Shown piece by piece: positions 13,661 to 25,894 of a stretch of 64,000 bases of DNA. Source of the DNA: Eledone cirrhosa (Eukaryota). Numbering within the stretch: position 1 is the stretch's first letter; each line of letters begins with the position of its first letter. The notes below the pieces were generated by a model. The model was not told the DNA's origin. It did not search any database and saw only the letters and a list, made by a program, of their open reading frames with translations. The translations under genes and the position numbers were made by a program. The stretch spans positions 197,098,001 through 197,162,000 of the forward strand of contig OZ024740.1 in the NCBI GenBank assembly GCA_964016885.1. Direction: 5' to 3'.

Positions 13661-13979
13661 AAAGTGTTAGAATAAAAGGAAACAACATGAAGGGTGTTGC
13701 AGATGAGTGGGTGTTTGTGACAGGGGTTAGGACTGGGATAAAGAAGAACTTGTGAATGTGTGCGTGTGAATATATATGTAGAAGTGTATTTATATGTGTG
13801 TAACTGTATGTCATTATCATCATCATCATCGATTCTTCCACGCTAGTATGGGTTAGACGGGTTGTCCTGTTGTGGGCAATGCCAGGTCAGGTATTCATGT
13901 CTTGCTCATGCAGAACTGATTTTGACCTGATTTCTATAGCTGGATGCCCTTCCTAACACCAACCTCATTTACAGTGTGC

Positions 13980-14014
<35 letters not shown>

Positions 14015-14137
14015 TATATATATGTGTATGTATATACCCCCCCCCCCCATATATATATTTTTTGAATTTTGAATTTTCTTCCCTGTCCTTCCCTAACCTT
14101 CTCTAACTTTGTGTACCTGTTCTCTCCCTATCCAAAA

Positions 14138-14173
14138 TTTCCTGAAGATGGACTTCTGTCCAAAATGTTGAAA
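14138..14173 (+). ncRNA. Decayed minimal hammerhead ribozyme motif
   Basis: tttc-CTGAAGA-t-ggac ttct gtcc-aAAA-tgtt-gaaa. Stems I and II are intact; CGAAACG has become CAAAATG (two CpG-type transitions). Confidence 0.5.
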
Positions 14174-14369
14174 CCTCCTCCACTTCCACCAAGCATGAAC
14201 CTAATATTACTATGTAAAAATTGCCTCCTGTGTTTTATTTGTTTCATTTAATAATGAATAATAATGAAATTATTGTGTACAGTGCTCAGGTGCACTACAA
14301 CTCATCAAAAGTGCATGTATAGTACATAGAATAATGTACAAAATTTATTAACTATATATATATATATAT

Positions 14370-15470
14370 ATACCAGATAGGGGTACTACTAATACTCTCT
14401 TCCTTGGGAGACAGCTTTCTCTATAGCTGACATTTGTAGGTCTGGAGAAGGTCTTTGACAGGGCCTTCACTCTGTAATCTGGTGGGTTCTAAACTCAGTC
14501 CTCAGTCAACTTCTGTTTATCACTGTTCTGGCTATTAAAGAGGAGTTTAAAACTGGCACTCCATGGGAGCTCTTATATGCTGATTATCTACCCCATATAG
14601 CTGAATCGGTGGAAGAGGTAGAGGCGAAATTCCAGACAGGAACAAAAAGGCTAGAATTGAAAGACCTAAAAGTAAATTTGCAAACACAAAAGTCTTAATA
14701 AATAGGAAATAAACAGGAACTTGATACCATCATGGAAGGGGCTTTGGTCAATATGTCAAAAAGGAGAGGGCAGAAAATTCATAAGGTGCACACAACATAA
14801 TTTATGGATGTACAAAATATGTGGTGAAGTTACAGGCAGGTTAATGGAGAAAATAGACTTTTATATTCAGCATATGCACAGTAGAAGTAAGCATGAAAAG
14901 CACATAAAATAGATTGTCTCAATTGCCCAGGGAGGCTCCTTAAAAGTTGTTGATAGTTTTGTTACTTAGGGGACCTAATCAACAATTGAGGTGGGGGCTG
15001 GTCTGAAAGTGTGGTAGCCAGGGTAAGAATGAGTTGACATATGTTTAGGGATTTAGTACCTCTGCTGACAACACAAGGCTTCTCTCTCAGAGTAATGGAT
15101 AGACTGTATGAGGCCTGTATGCAAACTGCAATGCTCCATGACAGTAAGACGTATGCCTTGACTGCAGAAAACTTGCAAAGACTAGAAGGAAATAAAATGA
15201 GCATGCTTTGGTGGATGTGTAATGTTAGTGTGCATGAGTGGCATAGCATAATCAAACTGATAGAAAATCGCTGTATAAGAGGGAGCTGATGCAGTCAACA
15301 GTGTTATAGACATGTGATGTATATGAAAGATGACAGCTATATAAAGATATGCAGGGAAATTTCAGTGGATGGGACTTGTGATGGGACTTAGGAAGCTGAA
15401 TCTCATGAGAGAGATGACAAAGAACTACAAGGATTGGTGACAAGCTCTATTAGAGAAGGCTTGCCTACCA
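14370..15470 (+). mobile_element. Highly degenerate RTE LINE copy
   Basis: Remnants of PWELLYAD, the PHD-like region and 'RLYEACMQTAMLH', collinear with 9394-10860. Confidence 0.85.
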
Positions 15471-17639
15471 GTGTAAAAAAAATGTGACCTGACCAATTCA
15501 CATGCCTGCTCTTCTAATATTGCACTGTAATATTTATCCTTACCATCTCTTTACACTGCATTTCACCCCCACCTACCCAGGACCACATCCACTTTGCTTA
15601 AATCCTAAAGCACTAGTCCTAATTCTTTAGCTGTTTGCATCATCACTGTACCCCTATTGTCCAAGATCAACTCTCCCCACCCTCTTGTCAAATCCCATGA
15701 CACTTTGCACTTGATATACATTATCACCCATTCTCCCCCCACCCATCATACTCCCATACTTGTCAACCCCCACCCATTTCACCGTACCCATGACATACTT
15801 CCTATTCCTCCTGCCAATATGGTAGGTAAGACTCTTTAGTTGAGTTAATGACCAGTAGGCTCTCTAGTGCTGGTGCCACAATAAAATACACCCAGTACAC
15901 TCTGTAAAGTGGTTGGTGCTAGGAAGAGCTTCCAGACATAGAAACCATACCAAAAAGGGTTGAGAGGATCCTCTAGTCATGACACAACAACCTCCCTAAG
16001 TCACACAGTACACCTTGTAAGGTGGTTTGAGAATGTTCCAAATTTTCTCTATATATACATTTCTTGCTCAACGCTCCCCTCAAACATTTCTGTCTCTACC
16101 TACATGCATACATACATATATATACACACATACATATACATACATACACACACACACATACATATATACACACACATGCACATACACACACATACATACA
16201 TGTACACATACATACATACATATGTATATATATATATATATATATATGTGTGTATACCTCTCCTGAATATATGTATGAGTTGGCCTTTAAGAAGAAATGA
16301 AAAAAACAGAGAGCATGAGATAGAGAGAGTGGGAGGGAAAGAGGGATAGTAAGTGTGAGAGGGGATACCAGTGGACTGATGGTGATGGTGCTGTTGATAG
16401 AAGTAGTACCAGTACCAACAGAACTAAATGTACTAGTTTACTGCTGCCAGTATTCTTGCGACAACAGCAGTAGGAGCAGTAACTACAGCTGACAAGCTAA
16501 CAACACATTACAACACCCTCTGCAACAAAATAACAACAACAACACTGATGAGAGGGGGGAGGAGGGGAGTGTAGAGGTTGGCAGATGCTATGCCAACTAT
16601 TTGTTTTCCTTTACAGTGTGTGTATTATTTCTTAGAACCAAATTAGTAGCAGTATTAGTAGTCTTTGTAACACCAGCAGCAGTAGTGGTGGTGGTAGTGA
16701 TATTAGTAATAATGGTGGTGGTGGTAATAGTAGTGGTGGTGGTAGTAATAGTTGTGGTGGTGGTGGTTTATTGTATCGATGGTGTTAGTTATGGTGATTC
16801 TGATTTACACTTCTGATTACACAGCCTGGCCAGCTGTAATCCTCCTGATTGTTGTTTGGCCCCAGTTGAAGGAATTCCAACCATGACCATCTTGTTTATC
16901 ATATCCAATACTACATTGTCTCGGTGTGTCATCTTTCCTTTTTTTATATATATATATATAAATTTTTTTATCAACCTTTATTTAGTGTCTGATTTGAGGG
17001 AGATTTGGCTATTATCTCTAATATGTCAGGTGAGCATCCACAAAGAGGCTCCCTCATAAAAGGTGGCAACAGTGGTTGTCATGCTGGAAGATGTTTTGGT
17101 TGGTTGGCTGGCTGGCTGGCACGTTTGTAGGCATGACAGGCTGGCTGGCTAGCTGGTAGGCCTGGCTGGTTGGCTGGCTGCTTTGTAGGCCTGATAGGTT
17201 TTTCTTTTCTTCTTCCTGAAACTGCTTTGCCAGTGACTAGAAATGGAGCTTACTAACTTGTGTGATGTTGTAGAGGAGGGGCACTAACCTTGCTATTTGT
17301 CACCTCCTCCCTAGCTTCTCCCCCATTTCACAGTCTCTTCCTTCTGCCATCTTTCACTCTCACACACTCTTTTTCATTCTCTTATTTTTACCACATACAC
17401 TTCCACTTCTTCCCCACCTCAGCCACTTACTTCACCATCTCTCTAAGTGCTCTTTTTCTTTAAATGCCAAAACACCTACCCACTGCTTATTGAGTGGAAA
17501 ACAGTTCACCAAGAGTAACTTGTGTATGTGTGAATGTATATAAACAAGTAAAGAAGTGTATATTATGCAAACAATCACAAGGAAATACATATGTGTATAC
17601 ATACATACTTACATACATACAGACATACACACACACAAG

Positions 17640-17812
17640 CACATATGATGCTTGCGCGCAAATGACAGTGCTACATGGTAATGAGAGTTGGGCTTTGTGT
17701 ATGGAGGATTTACTAAGATTGGAAAGAAATGAGGCAAGCATGCTCCACTGGATGTGTAATAGTAATATACTTGAGTGACGAAGTGTCAATGAGCTGAGAG
17801 AAAAACTAGGCA
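17640..17812 (+). mobile_element. RTE LINE fragment
   Basis: 'YDACAQMTVLHGNESWAL..RLERNEASMLHWMCN'. Confidence 0.8.
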
Positions 17813-17989
17813 GACTTCGTGCAGCTGAACCTCAAAAGAGAAGACCTAGGATCGAAAAAACTTATGATATTCCATACAAGTGGAATGAAGCAGGACAAGG
17901 AGGATGGCTAACCCACATACCTTTCTCCATCCTAAACCCAAAGAAACAGAGAGTTGGTACAACACTCAAGTCCCATTTCCTGCTTAATA

Positions 17990-18280
17990 AATAAAATGAA
18001 TAATGAAATTATTGTGTACAGTGCTCAGGTGCACTACAACTCATCAAAGGTGCATGTATAGTACATAGAATAAAGTAGAAATGTCAGGAAAATAAACAGT
18101 ATGAGTCATGATATACACACAGATACATGCATGCGTGTGTATGGAGAGGGATTATCAGGTGTAGTGTTGGTGAATTTCGGTAAGCATGGAGGTCTTGAAG
18201 GATGCAGTGTCCCGACAGTTAACAACCGATGCAAGTAGTTTGTTCCATGCTTCAGCAACTCTGAGTGTGAAAAATGTTTG
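17990..18280 (-). mobile_element. CR1-family LINE 3' end
   Basis: Near-identical to 38085-38365; shorter copies at 14250-14345 and ~45730-45790. Confidence 0.85.
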
Positions 18281-18565
18281 CCGGTATATTCCTGAAATCC
18301 CTGCCAGCATGCCTCTTTGTTCCCTTTCTCTGCAGTAAACCCAAAGAAACAGAGAGATGGAACAACTCTTAGGTACTCACCTACCAATATTCTCCTGACT
18401 TCTTCACCTAACCCATACTATCAATGGTGGGTAGAGGCGAAAATGCCGGAAAGGAGCACTCTACATGATGTTTATACCTGCAAATAGACTCATGCAGTTT
18501 GAATATGCTGAGTAGGAAAAAACTTCAGCTGAAACTACTCAAACAATGTAAGGGTAAACCAACAT

Positions 18566-18596
<31 letters not shown>

Positions 18597-18597
<1 letters not shown>

Positions 18598-18824
18598 CAT
18601 CATCATCATCATCATCAACGTTTAACGTCCGTGTTCCACGCTTGCATGGGTTTGGACGGGGGTAGTCCCACTTGAGGCAAGAGTGATTGTCTTGCTCGCA
18701 TAGGACTGTCTGGCAGGTTTTCTACAGTTGGATGCCCTTCCTAACACCAACCACATTTACAGTGTGGGTCTGGGAGGTTTTTACCGTGTTGCCTACACGG
18801 CCACATTACAGCGTGGACTGTGTG

Positions 18825-18825
<1 letters not shown>
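18597..18825 (-). mobile_element. RTE-type 3' tail (SINE or LINE terminus)
   Basis: (CAT)n tail and 'ggatgcccttcctaacacc'; near-identical to the reverse complement of 41750-41970. Confidence 0.8.
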
Positions 18826-18904
<79 letters not shown>

Positions 18905-19013
18905 ATCATCATCATCATTTTACGTCTGCTTTTCCCTGCTTGCAAGGGTGGGACGGGAACTGATTCTATATATATATACACGTGTGTGTGATATATATAT
19001 ATATATATATATT

Positions 19014-19350
19014 GGAGGCACATGGCTTAGTGGTTAGAGCATTGACCTTGCAATCGAAAGGTTGTTAGTTCAATTCTCAGACCGGGTGATGTGTTGTTTC
19101 CTTGAGCAAGACACTTTATTTCACATTGCTCCAGTTTACTCAGCTGTAGAAATGAGATGATAGGACAGGGGTCCCTATCATTCCACTGTAAAGTGGACAT
19201 GTAGGCGCCACAGAAAAAAAGCACCCAGCACTCACTGTAAAGGAGGTTGGTGTTAGGAAGGGCATCCAGCTGTAGAAATCAAGCCAGAATCAGTTCCCGT
19301 CCCACCCTTGCAAGCAGGGAAAAGCAGACGTAAAATGATGATGATGATGA
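19014..19350 (+). mobile_element. Full-length family A SINE (tRNA head, CORE-like body, RTE tail)
   Basis: Boxes A/B, RTE-derived tail ending (GAT)n; near-identical to 35085-35417. Confidence 0.92.
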
Positions 19351-19351
19351 T

Positions 19352-19391
<40 letters not shown>

Positions 19392-19399
19392 TCAGCAGC

Positions 19400-20275
19400 A
19401 GTATCATTATCAATTTCTACAAGGACAAAGAAGAGGCACTAAAGAGGGGAAATTACTAAGGCATCAGACTATTGAATCAGTTTATGAAGGTCACAGAAAG
19501 AGTAATTGATTAAGGATAATTGCCTTTCTATCACATTTACATTGCACATCCAACAAAGCGCGGTTGCTTCATTTATCTCCAGCCTAAACCGGTTTTCTGG
19601 AGTCACTGCCCATGTTTCACTACCCTGTAGTATCACACTTCACACACAGGCATCATACAGTCATCCTTTTGTACATAGGGAGAAACCTTTTGTTGTCAAC
19701 AGTGGGAATAGCTCTCTAAACTTCTTCTATCCCATCCTTATTCTAGCTGTCAGAGCTGTCAGAGCATCCTCATCCACTACTGAGGTCACCTAGATAGCAG
19801 AAGCTATCAACAACTTCTATAGATCCTTCCTGTGATTGAAAAAAGATTAATATCACTGACTCTCTTATACAAAGTCTTCCCTTCCTGTTGGTCTACCTGT
19901 TATCCCTCTATACCTCTTGTGTACCTAGGATTCACATTGTATACATCATTTAGAATTTATGCCTACTCCTTTTCTACATATTCAGTAGGACTATTTCCCT
20001 GGAGGAATCAGAGTCCTATCTTCTTTCCTACTTACTAGCACTTTAGTTTTGGCTCAGTTTACTCTCAGACCATTTGATTCCAAGTTCTGTTTCCATAGTT
20101 AGAACTTATTCTTTAGTTTTTTTATGGATTCAAAGAAGTTCTCATGGACAGCCAGTCTTAAACTCCTCTGTTATGGCCTGGAGAACTATCATGAATAGCA
20201 GTGGGCTAAAAAATGAACCCAGATGGACTCCTACCTGAACCTTAAATTCCCCACTAAATTCCCTTCCTACTTTCA
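19400..20275. mobile_element. Degenerate RTE LINE with internal inversion (19400-19508 on +, ~19525-20275 on -)
   Basis: The + part matches 9394-9500; the - part matches the RT C-terminal, PHD and 'RLYDAC' region. Confidence 0.7.
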
Positions 20276-20491
20276 CTTTTCATACACACACACACACATA
20301 TAAACATACGTACACATATACATATACACACACACACAAACATACATATATAATAGCGTAATGAATTTCAATACAATTTAGATGCTACCATTGGTTTCCA
20401 ATCCTGCAATTGATTCAGTTTGTACATCTGTGCCACATGTGAAACCTTCATTCAGGCAACCATAATACACACACACAAACACACACACATA

Positions 20492-20532
<41 letters not shown>

Positions 20533-20538
<6 letters not shown>

Positions 20539-20977
20539 GGATTTAAATGGATACAGTTCAGTTAAAAGGAATTTATTGACACGTGTTTCAATAACAGTTA
20601 CATAACCTGAAAACAGCTGCTATCTACAAAGTATTAGTTATGCAGACATTCAATATTTCAATGTTATTATCAACTGTCATTTCATCAGAATAAAATTCAT
20701 CTCAATAAAATTATTCTGATGAAATGACAGTTGATAATAACATTGAAATATTGAATGTCTGCATAACTAATACTTTGTAGATAGCAGCTGTTTTCAGGTT
20801 ATGTAACTGTTATTGAAACACGTGTCAATAAATTCCTTTTAACTGAACTGTATCCATTTAAATCCTTCTATTTTCTCCGGATTACTTTTGAAACTACAAC
20901 TGGAACCGTCGAGCAAACTCTACGTGAGCTGTCCATCTACTGTGTGTAATATTCATATTACAACACTACGGAAAATA

Positions 20978-20980
<3 letters not shown>
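20533..20980 (+). mobile_element. Fold-back non-autonomous element 1 (Penelope-like/retrozyme-like) in (TA)n
   Basis: Perfect 161-bp inverted repeat (20533-20693 / 20711-20871, 17-nt spacer) plus a ~110-bp unique tail; (TA)n on both sides. Confidence 0.8.
20711..20831 (+). ncRNA. Type I hammerhead ribozyme motif with extended stem II
   Basis: Stem I ttatt/aataa; CTGATGA 20716-22; stem II aatgacagtt (20723-32)/aactgttatt (20805-14); GAAAC-ACGT-GTC 20815-26; predicted cleavage after C20826. Confidence 0.8.
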
Positions 20981-21035
<55 letters not shown>

Positions 21036-21125
21036 ATGCAAAAGGCAAACAGAAATAAAGCAAACGACACAGTACAATGAAGAAATATTTTCTTAGTTTT
21101 ACACTTGATATAGTAGGAAAAGAGT

Positions 21126-21160
21126 CTTAACGTTTCGGACGCTAGTCCTTCATCAGAAAT
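21126..21160 (-). ncRNA. Minimal hammerhead ribozyme motif
   Basis: Minus strand reads ttt-CTGATGA-a-ggac tagc gtcc-GAAACGTT-aag, with a palindromic minimal stem III. Confidence 0.65.
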
Positions 21161-23274
21161 TAGAATGAGAAATTAAAGAAGTAGAAAGATTGAAGTGACG
21201 GGCAGAGCGGAAAAGGAAAAAATATTTTTAGAGAAAAAAGTAATATATATTACTGTCTTTATGTTTGTAAATATACACATATGTGTACTTTGCTTTTGTT
21301 GTTGTTTTATTTAACATATATATGCTTTTGTACACAGTATAGTACATAGTGGTATAAGGGTGGCTTCTGTTTGAATTACTATAATAGTTCAGGTGAGAAA
21401 TGGTTAGGTAAAGCCCACCTGAAACCAAATTTGACCTTCTTATCAAATTCCTACCCAATATCCCGCCCAGCCTGCTCTACCCAGATACTAAACTTTCTTA
21501 TTGTATGCATCTATTGTATTGTCAGGATATATCTTGCCAAGTATTGTAATTCCATTAGAAACTGGAATGTTTTGACAAAATGCCTTTATTCAATAAACAA
21601 GTATGTAGTTATGAAATGCAATAAAATTATCATACAACTCTTTCCATCATCCTCTTTCTTCAACTGTTCTTCATATATATATATATATATACATGTGCGT
21701 ATGTATGTAAAAGGTAAATAAAAATAACAATACAATCGGTACAGTATATGGAAGGAATATACTGGAGGGTCATGTTGCCAATAAAAACACACGCAACATG
21801 ACCCTACCAAAGTATAACAATATCTGTTTCAACACACGTTTTCATATCAGAAAGCTCTAAAAACAAGTTCAAAAACATATATATATATATGTATGTGTAC
21901 ATATCCCATCTAACCCATGCTAGCATGGAAAATATACGTTAAATGATGATGATGAGGACGATGATATATATATATAAAGAGAGAGAGCGACAGAAAGAGA
22001 GTAATGGTTGGTGTCATTGAAGTTCTACTAGGCCTAACAGCATCATGGGCATCTATGGTTGTATTTGTTGTCGTTAAGTTACTTGTCTAAGTTAATGGCA
22101 CCATCAAGCTGTCTATTTCCCACCATATGCATATTAAAATAATGGTGCTAATTCACCAACATCATGTGATTTTACCAACCAATGGAGGCCCATAATGACG
22201 TGCTCCTAAAGTCTATTCACCATTTTGTTTTCCACTTATTTACAGGTCTCTGAAGGAGTTAGATGTGTTTACATCTATGAAACCACTGGTAATGCATAAA
22301 TGAACCAGGCTGCTAGCATAAACCATATTCTTATGTCTGTGTATATATATGTATTTATATATATATATATAACCCCACCTGCCAGTATACTCTTGAATTC
22401 CCTGCCAGCATGTCCCTGATTCCCTTCTCCACCCTAAACCTGAAGTAGCAGAGGGATGGAACAACTCTCAGGTCCTCACCTATTAATATACACCTGACCT
22501 CTTCACCTAACCCATGGAAAGTTTGAATGAACCTTGACTGGTTCCCTCCCCGTTCCCACTAAACTCTTGTAACCCCCCCCCCCCCCCCCCCGACATTTTC
22601 CCAACCCAGAAAGCCTGGCATACTTCCAAAATGACAGACATTACCAACTCGTTTGTTCTAAACAAGGGAAACCATAACCCTGCCTCCAGAAGTGTGCAGT
22701 GCAATGTCTGTACCTCAGTGCCACCCTCCACCAATGCCTTCTGAGATAGTGCTGGTGCTACGACAAAAGCACCCAGTCCACCCTGTAAGGTAGTAATGTT
22801 GGTGCCATGATAAAAAGCACCCAGTCCACCCTGTGAAAATAGTAGTGTTGGCATCATAATAAGATGCTCCCAGTACACTTTGTAAAGTGGTTGGTGTTAG
22901 CAAGGGCACCCACTCATAGAAACCAACCCAAAATGAAATGTACAAGCAAGACTTGGTCACCTGACTGGTCAGGCCTTCTCATGTGACAATTGTTTAACAT
23001 AAGCAAGCATGGAAAATAGATGTTAAACAGTGATGATGGTGATGATGATATATATATATATACAGAGAGAGAGAAAGAGAGAGCGAGTATAGGTCTATAT
23101 ATATATGGGTGTGTGTGTGTGTATATATTTATATGGTATATGTCTATACACACACATACACACACATCCAAAATGGTTAACTAAACACACACATGCTTTC
23201 ACTACAAAAATATTTTTCTATTTTTCCATATTCTTGTCTATCTTTCTATTTCTTTTTTTATCTCTCATTCTATC

Positions 23275-23310
23275 TTTTGATGAAGGAGTAATGTCCGAAA
23301 CATTAAAACT
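23275..23310 (+). ncRNA. Decayed copy of the 21.1 kb hammerhead motif
   Basis: tTGATGA-a-gga gtaatg tcc-GAAACATT-aaaactc; upstream 'tctcattcta' is shared with the 21.1 kb copy. Confidence 0.45.
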
Positions 23311-23619
23311 CCTTTCCAACAATATCAAGCATTAAACTAATATATATCTTCATTGTGCTGTTGTATTTCTTTGCATTGTTTATCTATTTATTTTTTGCAT
23401 ACAGTGTATATATATATATGTTCTTGTGTGTATGTGAGTGTTTTGCCTGCTGGAGCGGTCGTTGCTCTCAATAATCTGAATAAATGCCAAAGAAAAATAA
23501 ATGAAAATAAAGATTAATCAACAAAAACTAAAACATTATATATATATATCAAATTATTTATATATTATATATATATATATTTATATATATTTGTGTGTGT
23601 GTGTGTGTGTGTGTATATG

Positions 23620-23658
<39 letters not shown>

Positions 23659-23847
23659 ATTTATGTATACATGTATATACAAAGTCCTATACACACACAC
23701 ACATACATATACATGCCCTCACAGTGACACATATATATATTCACACACATATTGAGCCATAAATAAATACAACTTAATGTTTATTATACTAAGACTTCTT
23801 GATGTTTTGACAATGAACTAACATTGAATAAACCAAATTACTTTGTG

Positions 23848-24050
23848 GATTGGCAGCATCAGTAGAGGGTCGGACGCCATGCTTTGCAGCATAGAGTTAC
23901 GGCCCTTTATAATCTGAGTTCAAATCCCACCGAGGTTAACTTTGCCTTTCATCCTTACGGGGTCGATAAAATAAAGTATCAGTCACGCACTGAGGTTCAT
24001 TTAATTGACTCAAAATTGCTGGCCTTGTGCCTATATAAGAAACCATTATT
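23848..24050 (+). mobile_element. SINE family B
   Basis: Box B GTTCAAATCC and 'tttgcctttcatccttacggggtcgataaaataaagta'. Confidence 0.8.
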
Positions 24051-24198
24051 GTTTAGCCCTAGGTAGGCCAGTTGGCATAGATATATAATGTTTAGTTCTT
24101 TTATTAGGTTCTGTTTCTTATAAGTTCATTGTGTATTCTTGGCCATATTAACCCAATGACAAGGCCCCTAAATGTTCGTGTATTTTGGGGCGTCTCTG

Positions 24199-24499
24199 CA
24201 GGGTTGGATTTAAACATTGGGGGCCTGGGGCATTTCGGGGGGGGGGGGGGGGGGGGCATGCATAAAAAATTAGAATGTTCAGTAACCCCCCCCCAAAAAA
24301 AATGTTTACATATCAAAGTTAGCTTGGTGCAAGTAATTGGAATTGAATACAGTTATTAAATTCACTAATTCTAACCATTCTATGACTAAAAAGCCCAGCT
24401 AAGGGCACAAATGAATTGCTATGGTCATTGCTGGTGCGGCCCGCCACTGCAGGGGGCCCAAGGCAATTGTGTGTGTGTGTGTCCCATTAACTCCGGCCC
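24199..24499. mobile_element. Possible hAT-type MITE remnant
   Basis: Imperfect termini CAGGGTTGGATTTAA / TTAACTCCGGCCC with GGGGCCC subterminal motifs; a similar remnant lies at ~46195-46310. Confidence 0.45.
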
Positions 24500-25638
24500 A
24501 TCCATCTCGTACTTCAATCTTTTACTCCCCTCCATCAAGCAACATGTTTAGGTGGCCCAAAATAATATAATTGTTGCTGGAGGTAGAATTTAAGAAAGTT
24601 TAGTGCTAGAGTGTTCACAGAAGTGAAGTTCTGAGATCTGTTTATTAATTGTTGGCAAGAAAATATTTGCTATTTAGTCAGGGATGGGAAGGGCAGTGTC
24701 TATGACCTCTTTCACAGCTTCCAAGACTTGTGGGGTCTGCTTTTTAGCACTGAAGGGCCAAGTGGAGATGTTAAACTGAGCAACTGATTAAGTCTACCGA
24801 CCAAGCAAGCCACAGTAGGGTTTAAACTCAAAACACAAAGAACTGGAATAAATATTACAAAACAACTCACCAAATGCTCTAACAATTCCATTAATCCCCT
24901 ACCTTGAGCTGGTATTTTATTTTATTGACCCTGAAAATATGAATGCCAAAGTTGACTTCAGCAGGATTTTAACTCAGAGCACAGAGAAATGGAACCAATA
25001 ACTCTCTAATGATTTGTGGTTCACCATGGGTGGGGAATGGAGAAAAGGAACAAGATGTACATGATCCATTAGCTTTTTGAAATTTAACTGAGTGCAAATG
25101 AATTTGAAAATATGGCAGGGCATCAAAAGCATTTACTGATGCTTAAACGAGAGACTGCTGCTCTAGTTTAGAGTTCTAATGTTGGGTGTTTTAATAATAG
25201 GGCCCCAGTCATATCATCTCCCTATCTTTCTAGAATTCATAATGCACAAAGCCAGAATAGCTACTGCACTGTCCTAACATCTCTGCCAATTTGGATCCCC
25301 AAGCATGACTAGCCAAGCTCGTGGATGTTATTCAACCATCTTGCTTGGGGTCTACCCTTGGGTCTCTTGCCTTCAATTAAACCTGCAAAAGCAAAAACAA
25401 AAAGATAATTAATGTACTAGCTTGATAAAAATTACAGCATTGCTTTATCAAAGAACTGAAGCTAAAGCAACAATGTAAAACAATGACTGATTGAAGCAGA
25501 ACTTCATATAGATAGCAGTAGTATATAGAAGTGAGTGGCAGAACTAAATACCAGATAAGCAAAGTATAGTCAAATATCATCTGGACTGGAATATTGAGTT
25601 CAAAGTGTTGATATTATAGCCTGAAATTTGTTTCTTAA

Positions 25639-25832
25639 CCCTTTAGCATTCAAACCAGCCATATCTGACTGTTCATACTTATGTTAAGGTATTGTTCTCA
25701 AAATAAATAATAAGGTATTGTTCTCAAAATACATAATAAACATCAAAATCTCGTAGATCCAATATTATGTGAGGTAAAGCCTTTACCGTGAAAATATAAT
25801 AGTAAATATAGAGTAATGTAAATGCTGAAGGG
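25639..25832. mobile_element. piggyBac-like MITE (copy 2, opposite orientation)
   Basis: TTAA-CCCTTTAGCATT...AATGCTGAAGGG-TTAA. Confidence 0.88.
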
Positions 25833-25894
25833 TTAATGCCTGCATCTACTGGCTTGCAATTAGCCATTTATGTACACTATCTGTCTGGCTATCA

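Noticed and set aside
19014-19085. tRNA gene
   Set aside because: Boxes A/B are present, but the sequence continues into a SINE body found in multiple copies.
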